Of a stretch of DNA of 64,000 nucleotides, positions 15,301 through 25,905 are shown in pieces. The notes beneath the pieces are model-generated. The model saw nothing but the letters and a program-made list of their open reading frames with translations, had not been told where the DNA came from and ran no database searches. Position 1 is the first letter of the stretch. Each line of letters opens with the position of its first letter. The stretch lies in the NCBI RefSeq assembly GCF_009914755.1, contig NC_060933.1. The stretch is one strand, 5' to 3'. This stretch comes from the human T2T-CHM13v2.0 reference genome, Homo sapiens. The position numbers and the translations under genes are program-made.

Positions 15301-18300
15301 TTCCATTCTATTCGGGTTAATTCCATTCCATTCCATTCCACTCCATTCCAGTCCTTTCCATTCCATTCCACTCGGGTTGATTCCATTCTATTCTTTTCCA
15401 TTCCATTCCATTCCATTGCAATCGAGTTGATTCCATTCGAGTTGAATCCATTCCATTCCATTCCATTGCATTCCATTGCACACGGGTTCATTCCATTCCA
15501 TTCCATTCCATTCCATTTCATTCCATTCCATTCCATTCCATTTCATTCGATTCCATTCTAATCCGTACCATTCCATTCCATCCTATTCCATTCCGTTCCA
15601 TTCCATGCCATTACAATCGGGTTCATTCCATTCCTTTCCATTCCATTCTTGTTGAATCCATTCCATTCCATTCCATTCCATTCCATTCGAATTCATTCCA
15701 TTGCACTCGGGTTGATTCCATTCCATTCCATTCCATTCCATTTCATTCCATTCCATTCCATTACATTCGGATTGATTCTATTCAATTCCCTTACACTCCA
15801 TTACATTCCATTCCATTCGGGATGTTTCCATTCCATTTCATTCCATTCCACTCCATTCCATTGCATCAGGTTGATTGCATTCCATTCCATTCCATTCCAT
15901 TCCGGATGATTCCATTCCATTGCATTCCATTCTATTCAATTCCCCTGCACTCGGGTTGATTACATTCCATTCCATTCCCTTCCATTCCTTTCCGTTCCAT
16001 TCCATTCCATTCTATTCGGGTTAATTCCATTCCATTCCATTCGATTTGATTCCATTCCATTCCATTCCATTGCAATCGGGTTGATTCCATAACATTACAT
16101 TCCATTCCATTCCGGATGATTCCATTCCATTGCATTCCATTCCATTCCAATCCCCTGCAGTCGGGTTGATTCCATTCCATTGCATTCCATTCCATTCCAT
16201 TCCATTCCATTCCATTCCATTCCGTTCCATTCCATTCCATTCCATTCTATTCGGGTTAATTCCATTCCATTCCATTCCATTCCATTCCATTCCAATCGAG
16301 TTGATTCCATTCCATTCCATTCCATTCCATTCCACTCAATTCCAGTCCTTTCCATTCCATTCCACTCGGGTTGATTCCATTCTATTCCTTTCCATTCCAT
16401 TCCATTCCATTGCAATCGAGTTGATTCCATTGCTTTGCATTCCGTTCCATTCCATTCCTTTTCATTGTATTCGGGTTAATTCCATTGCATTCCATTCCAT
16501 TCCATTCCATTCCATTCCATTCCATTCCATTGCATTACAATGCAGTTGATTCCATTCCATTCCATTCCATTCCATTCCAGTCCTTTCCATTCCATTCCAC
16601 TCGGGTTGATTCCATTCTATTAGTTTCCATTCCATTCCATTCCCTTCCATTCTACTCTGGTTGATTCCATTCCTTTCCATTTCACTCGAATACATTCCCT
16701 CCTATTCCACTCCGAACGATTCCATTCCATTCCATTCCATTCCATTCCATTCCATTCCATTCCATTCCATTCCATTTCGTTCCATTCCATTCTATTCCGT
16801 ACCATTCCATTCTATTCCATTCCATTCCATTCCATTCCACTCGTGTTGATTACATTCCTTTCCATTCCATTCAGTTTGAAGGCATTCCATTCCATTCACT
16901 TCCATTCCACTCCATTCCATTCCATTACATTCCATTACATTCCAATCCATTCCATTCCATTGTACTCGGGTTGATTCCATTCCATTGCATTCCATTCCAT
17001 TCCATTCCATTCCATTCCATTCCATTCCATTCCGTATGATTCCATTCCATTGCATTCCATTCCATACCATTCCCCTGCACTCGGGTTGATTACATTCCAT
17101 TCCCTTCCCTTCCATTCCTTTCCATTCCATTCCATTCCATTCTATTCGGGTGAATTCCATTCCATTCCATTCCATTCCATTCCTTTCCATTCCATTGCAA
17201 TCGAGTTGATTCCATTCCATTCCATTCCATTCCGTTCCGGATGATTCCATTCCATTGCATTCCATTCCATTCCATTCCCCTGCAGTCGCGTTGATTCCTT
17301 TCCATTCCATTCCATTCCATTCCATTCTATTCCATTCCGTTCCATTCCATTCCATTCCATTCTATTCGGGTTAATTCCATTCCATTCCTTTCCATTCCAT
17401 TCCAATCGAGTTAATTCCATTCCATTGCATTCCATTCCACTCCATTCCAGTCCTTTCCATTCCATTCCACTCGGGTTGATTCCATTCCATTCCTTTCCAT
17501 TCCATTCCATTGCAATCGAGTTGATTCCATTGCATTGCATTCCATTCCATTCCATTCCATTCCGGATGATTCCATTCCATTGCATTGAATTCCATTCCAT
17601 TCCCCTGCACTCGGGTTGATTCCATTCCATTCCACTCCATTCCGTTCCATTGCATTCCATTCCATTGTATTCGGGTTAATTCCATTCCATTCCATTCCAT
17701 TCCATTCCATTCCATTCCATTACAATCGAGTTGATTCCATTCCATTCCATTCCATTCCATTCCATTCCATTCCTTTCCATTCCATTCCACTCGGGTTGAT
17801 TCCATTCTATTAGTTTCCATTCCATTCCATTCCCTTCCATTCCACTCTGGTTGACTCCATTCCTTTCCATTCCACTCGAATACATTCCCTCCTATTCCCT
17901 CGGAACAATTCCATTCCATTCCATTCCATTCCATTCCATTCCATTCCATTTCGTTCCATTCCATTCTATTCCATACCATTCCATTCCATTCCATTCCATT
18001 CCATTCCATTCCATTCCATTCCACTCGTGTTGATTCCATTCCTTTCCATTCCATTCGGTTTGAAGCCATTCCATCCCATTCAATTCCATTCCATTCCTTT
18101 CCATTCCATGGCGGATGATTCCATTCCATTGCTTTCCATTCCATTCCATTCCCCTGTACTCGGGTTGATTCCATTCCATTCCATTGCAATCCATGCCATT
18201 CCACTCGTGTTGATTCCATTCTTTCCATTCCATTCATGTTGAATCCATTCCATTGCATTCCATTCCATTCCATTCCATTCGATTGCACTCGGTTTGATTC

Positions 18301-20619
18301 CATTGCATTTCATTCCATTCCATTCCATTCCGTTCCATTCCATTCCATTCCGTTCCATTCCATTCCATTACATTCGGATTGATTCTTTTTAACTCCCTTA
18401 CTCTCCATTACATTCCATTCCATTCGGGTTGTTCCATTCCATTCCATTCCATTCCACTCCATTCCATTGCACTCGGGTTGATTCCATTCCATTGCATTCC
18501 ATTCCATTCCATTCCATTCCATTCCATTCCATTCCATTCCGGATGATTCCATTCCATTGGATTCCGTTCTATTACATTCCCCTGCAATCGCGTTGATTCC
18601 ATTCCATTCCATTCCATTCGATTCCATTCCATTCCAATTCTTTCCATTCCATTCTATTCCGTACCATTCCATTCCATTCCATACCATTCCACTCCATTCC
18701 ATTCCATTCCATTCCTTTCCATTCCGTTCAATTCCGTTCCATTCCATTCCATTCCAGTCCATTCTATTAAGGTTAATTCCATTCCATTCCATTCCATTCC
18801 ATTCTATTCCACTCCATTGCAATCGAGTTGAATCCATTGCATTCCATTCCATTCCATTCCATTCCATTCCATTCCATTCCATTCCATTCCGGAAGATTCC
18901 ATTCCATTGCATTCCATTCCATTCCATTCCCCTGCACTCGCGTTGATTCCATTCCATTCCATTCCATTCCGTTCCATTCCATTCCATTCCGTTCCGTTCC
19001 GTTCCATTCCATTCCATTCCATTCCGTTTCGTTCCATTCCATTCCTTTCCATTCTATTCGTGTTAATTCCATTCCATTCCATTCGATTGCAATCGCGTTC
19101 ATTCCATTCCATTCCATTCCATTCCATTCCTTTCCACTCAATTACTAATGACTCCATTCCATTGCATTTCATTCCATTCCATTCTCCTGTACTCGGGTTG
19201 ATTCCATTCCATTCCATTCCAATCCATGCCATTCCACTCGTGTTGATTCCATTCTTTCCATTCCATTCAAGTTGAATCCATTCCATTGCATTCCATTTCA
19301 TTCGATTCCATTCGATTGCACTCGCGTTGATTCCATTCCATTGCATTCCATTCCATTCCATTCCATTCCATTCCATTCCATTCCGTTCCATTCCATTCCA
19401 TTACATTCGGATTGATTCTATTCAGTTCCCTTACACTTCATTACTTTCCATTCCATTCGGGTAGTTTCCATTGCATTCCATTCCATTCCTCTCCATTCCA
19501 TTGCACTCGGGTTGATTCCATTCCATTCCATTCCAATCGATTCCATTCCATTCCATTCCATTCCATTCCATTCCATTGTACTCGGGTTGATTCCATTCCA
19601 TTGCATTCCATTCCATTCCATTCCGTTCCATTCCATTCCATTACATTCGGGTTGATTCTATTCAACTCCCTTACTCTCCATTACATTCCATTCCATTCGT
19701 GCTGTTCCGTTCCATTCCATTCCATTCCACTCCATTGCATTGCACTCGGGTTGATTCCATTCAATTCCATTCCATTCCATTCCATTCCATTCCGGATGAT
19801 TCCATTCCATTGCATTCCGTTCCATTACATTCGCCTGCACTCGGGTTGATTCCATTCCATTCCATTCCATTCCATATCATTCCATTCGATTCCATTCCAT
19901 TCCAATTCTTTCCATTCCATTCTATTCCGTACCGTTCCATTCCATTCCATACAATTCCATTCCATTCCATTCCATTCCATTCCATTCCGTTCCGTTCCGT
20001 TCCGTTCCGTTCCGTTCCATTCCATTCCATTCCATTCTATTCGGGTTAAATCCATTCCATTCCATTCCATTCTATTCCACTCCATTGCAATCGAGTTGAA
20101 TCCATTGCATTCCATTCCATTCCATTCCATTCAATTCCGGAAGATTCCATTCCATTGCATTCCATTCCATTCCATTCCCCTGCACTCGCGTTGAATCCAT
20201 TCCATTCCATTCCATTCCATTCCATTCCATTCCTTTCCCTTCCATTGCATTCCATTCCATTCCATTCCCTTCCATTGCGTTCCGTTCCATTCCATTCCAT
20301 TCCATTCTATTGGGGTTAATTCCATTCCATTCCATTCGATTACAATCAAGTTGATTCCATTCCATTCCATTCCGTTCCATTCCATTCCATTCCTTTCCAT
20401 TCCATTACGGATGATTCCATTCCATTGCATTCCATTCCATTCCATTCCCCTGTACTCGGGTTGATTCCATTCCATTCCATTCCAATCCATGCCATTCCAC
20501 TCGTGTTGATTCCATTCTTTCCATTCCCTTCAAGTTGAATCCATTCCATTGCATTCCATTCCATTCGATTCCATTCGATTGCACTCGGGTTGATTCCATT
20601 CCATTGCATTCCATTCCAT

Positions 20620-21770
20620 TCCATTCCATTCCATTCCGTTCCATTCCATTTCATTACATTCAGATTGATTCTATTCAATTCCGTTACACTCCATTATATT
20701 CCAATCCATTCTGGTTGTTTCCATTCCATTCCATTCCATTTCACTCGTGTTGATTCCATTCCTTTCCATTCCATTCGGTTTGAAGCCATTCCATTCCATT
20801 CCATTCCACTCCATTCCATTCCATTCCATTCCATTCCATTACATTCCATTCCATTGTACTCGGGTTGATTCCATTCTATTGCATTTCATTCAATTCCATT
20901 CCATTCTGTTCCATTCCATTCCATTACATTCGGATTGATTCTATTCAACTCCGTTACTCTCCATTACATTCCATTCCATTCGGGTTGTTCCATTCCATTC
21001 CATTCCATTCCACTCCATTCCATTTCACTCGGGTTGATTCCATTCTATTCCATTCCATTCCATTCCATTCCATTCCATTCCATTCCATTCCATTCCGGAT
21101 GATTCCATTCCATTGTATTCCGTTCCATTACATTCCCCTGCGCTCGCGTTGATTCCATTCCATTCCATTCCATACCATTACATTCCATTCCATTGCATTC
21201 CATTCCATTCCATTCCATTCCGTTCCATTCCATTTCATTACATTCAGATTGATTCTATTCAATTCCCTTACACTCCATTATATTCCAATCCATTCTGGTT
21301 GTTTCCATTCCATTCCATTCCATTTCACTCGTGTTGATTCCATTCCTTTCCATTCCATTCGGTTTGAAGCCATTCCATTCCATTCAATTCCACTCCATTC
21401 CATTCCATTCCATTCCATTCCATTCCATTCCATTGTACTCGGGTTGATTCCATTCCATTGCATTCCATTCAATTCCATTCCATTCTGTTCCATTCCATTC
21501 CATTACATTCGGATTGATTCTATTCAACTCCGTTACTCTCCATTACATTCCATTCCATTCGGGTTGTTCCATTCCATTCCATTCCATTCCACTCCATTCC
21601 ATTGCACTCGGGTTGATTCCATTCCATTCCATTCCATTCCATTCCATTCCATTCCATTCCATTCCGGATGATTCCATTCAATTGTATTCCGTTCCATTAC
21701 ATTCCCCTGCGCTCGCGTTGATTCCATTCCATTTCATTCCATTCCATACCATTCCATTGCATTCCATTCC
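20620..21770 (-). repeat. Tandem duplication of a ~570-585 bp unit
   Basis: CAGATTGATT (20661/~21245), TTCACTCGTGTTG...CGGTTTGAAGCC, CTCCGTTACTC and CCTGCGCTCGCG (~21137/~21706) each occur twice at ~570-590 bp spacing. Confidence 0.8.
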
Positions 21771-24006
21771 ATTCCATTCCATTCCATTCCATTCCATTCC
21801 GGATGATTCCATTCCATTGCATTCCATTCCATTCCATTCCCCTGTACTCGGGTTGATTCCATTCCATTCCATTCCAATCCATGCCATTCCACTCGTGTTG
21901 ATTCCATTCTTTCCATTCCATTCAAGTTGAATCCATTCCATTGCATTCCATTCCATTCGATTCCATTCGATTGCACTCGGGTTGATTCCATTCCATTGCA
22001 TTCCATTCCATTCCATTCCATTCCATTCCATTCCGTTCCATTCCATTCCATTACATTCGGATTGATTCTTTTCAACTCCCTTACTCTCCATTACATTCCA
22101 TTCCATTCGGGTTGTTCCATTCCATTCCATTCCATTCCACTCCATTCCATTACACTCGGGTTGATTCCATTCCATTCCATTCCATTCCATTCGATTCCAT
22201 TCCATTCCCCTGCACTCGCGTTGATTCCATTCCATTCCATTCCATTCCATTCCATTCCTTTCCGTTCCATTCCATTCCATTCCATTCCATTCCGTTCGGT
22301 TCCATTCCATTCCATTCCATTCTATTCGGGTTAATTCCATTCCATTCCATTCGATTGCAATCGAGTTGATTCCATTCCATTCCATTCCATTCCATTCCAT
22401 TCCATTCCATTCCATTCCTTTCCATTCCATTACGGATGATTCCATTCCATTGCATTCCATTCCATTACGTTCCCCTGTACTCGGGTTGATTCCATTCCAT
22501 TCCATTCCAATCCATGCCATTCCACTCGTGTTGATTCCATTCTTTCCATTCCATTCAGGTTGAATCCATTCCATTGCATTCCATTCCATTCGATTCCATT
22601 CGATTGCACTCGGGTTGATTCCATTCCATTGCATTCCATTCCATTCCATTCCATTCCATTCCATTCCATTCCATTCCGTTCCATTCCATTTCATTACATT
22701 CAGATTGATTCTATTCAATTCCCTTACACTCCATTATATTCCAATCCATTCTGGTTGTTTCCATTCCATTCCATTCCATTTCACTCCATTCCATTGCACT
22801 CGGGTTAATTCCATTGCATTCCATTCCATTCCATTCCGGATGATTCCATTCCATTGCATTCCATTCCATTCCTTTCCCCTGCAATCGGGTTGTTTCCATT
22901 CCATTACATTACATTACATTCCGTTCCATTCCATTCCATTCCATTCGGATTGATTCTATTCAATTCCCTTACACTCCATTACATTCCATTCCATTCGGGT
23001 AGTTTCCATTCCTTTCCATTCCATTCCTCTCTATTCCATTGTACTCGGGTTGATTCCATTCCATTCCATTCCATTCCATTCCATTCCATTGTACTCGGGT
23101 TGATTCCATTCCATTGCATTCCATTACATTCCATTCCATTCCATTCCGTTCCCTTCCATTCCATTCCATTCGGATTGATTCTATTCAACTCCCTTACTCT
23201 CCATTACATTCCATTCCATTCGGGTTGTTCCATACCATTCCATTCCATTCCACTCCATTCCATTGCACTCGTGTTGATTCCATTCCATTCCATTCCATTC
23301 CATTCCATTCCGGATGATTCCATTCCATTGCATTCCGTTCCATTACATTCCCCTGCACTCGGGTTGATTCCATTCCATTCCATTCCATTCCATTCCATTC
23401 GATTCCATTCCATTCCAATTCTTTCCATTCCATTCTATTCCGTACCATTCCTTTCCATTCGATACAATTCCATTCCATTCCATTCCAGTCCGTTCCGTTC
23501 GGTTCCGTTCCGTTCCGTTCCATTCCATTCCATTCCATTCTATTCGGGTTAATTCCATTTCATTTCATTCCATTCCATTCCATTCTATTCCATTCCATTG
23601 CAATCGAGTTGAATCCATTGCATTCCATTCCATTCCATTCCATTCCATTCCATTCCATTCCGGAAGATTCCATTCCATTGCAATCTATTCCATTCCATTC
23701 CCCTGCACTCGCGTTGATTCCATTCCATTGCATTCCATTCCATTCCATTCCATTCCGTTCCGTTCCGTTCCATTGCATTCCATTCCATTCCGTTCCGTTC
23801 CGTTCCGTTCCATTCCATTCCATTCTATTCGGGTTAATTCCATTCCATTCCATTCGATTGCAATCGAGTTGATTCCATTCCATTCCATTCCATTCCATTC
23901 CATTCCTTTCCATTCCATTACGGATGATTCCATTCCATTGCATTGCATTCCATTCCATTACCCTGTACTCGGGTTGATTCCATTCCATTCCATTCCATTC
24001 CATTCT

Positions 24007-24018
24007 ATTCCATGGAAT
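24007..24018. other. Strand-switch (inversion) junction; perfect 12-bp palindrome ATTCCATGGAAT centred at 24012/24013
   Basis: The sequence reads ...cattccattctATTCCA|TGGAATgtaatggagagtaaggg... CATTC repeats end and GGAAT repeats begin with no foreign bases. The AT at 24012-24013 can belong to either arm (2-nt microhomology). Confidence 0.97.
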
Positions 24019-25387
24019 GTAATGGAGAGTAAGGGAGTTGAATAGAATCAATCCGAATGTACTGGAATGGAATGCAACGGAATGGAATGGAATGGAATGG
24101 AATGGAATGGAATGGAATGGAATGCAATGGAATTGAATCAACCCGAGTACAATGGAATGCAATGGAATGGAATGGAATGGAATGGAATGGAATGGAATGG
24201 AATGATACGGAATACAATGGAATGGAACGAAATGGAATGGAATGGAATGGAATAGAACGGAATGGAACGAACTGGAATGGAATGGAATGGAATGGAATGG
24301 AATGGAATCGTTCCGAGTGGAATAGGAGGGAATGTATTCGAGTGGAATGGAAAGGAATGGAATCAACCAGAGTGGAATGGAAGGGAATGGAATGGAATGG
24401 AAACTAATATAATGGAATCAACCCGAGAGGAATGGAATGGAAAGGACTGGAATGGAATGGAATGGAATGGAATCAACTCGATTGTAATGGAATGGATTGG
24501 AATGCAATGGAATGGAATGGAATGGAATGGAATTAACCTGAATACAATGCAATGGAATGGAATGGAATGGAATGGAATGGAGTGGAATGGAATGGAATCA
24601 ACCCGAGTGCAGGGGAATGGAATGGAATGGAATGCAATGGAATGGAATCATCCGGAATGGAATGGAATGGAATGGAATGTAAAGCAATGGAATCAACTCG
24701 ATTGCAATGGAATGGAATGGAATGGAAAGGAATACATTGGGATCAACCCGAGTGGAATGGAATGGAAAGGACTGGAATGGAGTGGAATGGAATGGAATGG
24801 AATGGAATGGAATCAACTCGATTGGAATGGAATGGAATGGAATGGAATGGAATTAACAAGAATAGAATGGAATGGAATGGAATGGAACGGAATGGAATGG
24901 AATGGAATGGAATGGAATGGAATGGAATGGAAACAACCCGACTGCAGGGGAATGGAATGGAATGGAATGCAATGGAATGGATTCAACTTGCATGGAATGG
25001 AAAGAATGGAATCAACACGAGTGGAATGGCAGGAATTGGAATGGAATGGAATGGAATCAACCCGAGTACAGGGGAATGGAATGGAATGGAATGCAATGGA
25101 ATGGAATCATCCGTAATGGAATGGAAAGGAATGGAATGGAATGGAATGGAATGGAATGGAATGGAATGGAATCAACTCCATTGCAATCGAATGGAATGGA
25201 ATGGAATTAACCCGAATAGAGTGGAATGGAATGGAATGGAACGGAACGGAACGGAATGGAATGGATTGGAATGGAATGGAATGGAATGGAATGGAACGGA
25301 ACGGAACGGAATGGAATGGAATGGAATGGAATGGAATGGAATCAACGCGAGTGCAGGCGAATGGAATGGAATGGAATGCAATGGAAT

Positions 25388-25402
25388 GGAATCTTCCGGA
25401 AT
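25388..25402. promoter_or_regulatory. Perfect three-unit heat shock element (nGAAnnTTCnnGAAn); representative of ~24 right-arm copies
   Basis: gGAAt cTTCc gGAAt. Also at 26990, 29455, 34578, 34753, 36240, 37083, 38241, 39944, 42431, 45550, 46383, 49102, 49955, 53324, 54192, 57862 and 61367. The variant GGAAACTTCCGGAAT occurs at 40563, 43677, 51353, 55984, 58091 and 61596. Confidence 0.65.
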
Positions 25403-25753
25403 GGAGTGGAATGGAATGGAATGCAATGGAATGGAAAAACCCGAATGGAATGGAATGGAATGGAGAGTAAGGGAATTGAATAGAATCAATCCGAATGTAA
25501 TGGAATGGAATGGAACGGAACGGAATTGAATGGAATGGAATGGAATGCAATGGAATGGAATCAACCCGAGTTCAATGGAATGGAGAGGAATGGAATGGAA
25601 TGGAATGGAAACTACCCGAATGGAATGGAATGTAATGGAGTGTAAGGGAATCGAATAGAATCAATCCGAATGTAATGGAATGGAATGGAACGGAATGGAA
25701 TGAAATGGAAAGGAATGGAATGGAATGGAATGGAATGGAATGCAAAGGAGTGG

Positions 25754-25905
25754 AATCAACCCGAGTGCAATCGAATGGAATCGAATGGAATGGAATGCAA
25801 TGGAATGGATTCAACTTGAAGGGAATGGAAAGAATGGAATCAACACGAGTGGAATGGCATGGATAGGAATGGAATGGAATGGAATGGAATCAACCCGAGT
25901 ACAGG
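25754..25905 (+). repeat. Conserved ~150-bp Sat III module AATCAACCCGAGTGCAATCGAATGGAATCG...TTCAACTTGAA...GGAAAGAATGGAATCAACACGAGTGGAATGGCATGG...CAACCCGAGTACAGGGG (representative copy)
   Basis: The module recurs many times in both arms. From memory it resembles the chr9 Sat III clone/primer sequences (pHuR98 type). I did not verify this by search. Confidence 0.6.

Larger units (their letters stand above)
1..24012 (-). repeat. Satellite III (HSat3) array, left arm: (CATTC)n on + strand, (GGAAT)n on - strand
   Basis: Continuous CATTC pentamers with recurring spacers (ACTCGGGTTG, GCACTCGCGTTG, TCGATTGCAATCGAGTTG, CTATTCGGGTTAA, TCCGGATGA). GGAAT runs punctuated by CAACCCGA(G/A)T are the established signature of HSat3. 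Strand is given for the GGAAT orientation. Confidence 0.97.

Noticed and set aside
11399-18111. Other CCATGG sites (~11399, 14764, 14914, 18106) as extra strand switches
   Set aside because: CATTC orientation continues on both sides of each, so they are point substitutions.
24007-24018. Junction palindrome as a new heat shock element
   Set aside because: TTC and GAA are separated by 4 nt (CATG), whereas an HSE needs 2 nt.
23900-24120. Junction as a sequencing fold-back artefact (read followed by its own reverse complement)
   Set aside because: The flanks are different modules, not reverse complements, beyond 6 bp each side. A generic mis-join still cannot be excluded without reads.
23560-24366. 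ORF that changes from FHSIP-type to MEWNG-type peptide (also 23728-24045 on +)
   Set aside because: It simply reads through the strand-switch junction. It marks the inversion and is not evidence of a gene.
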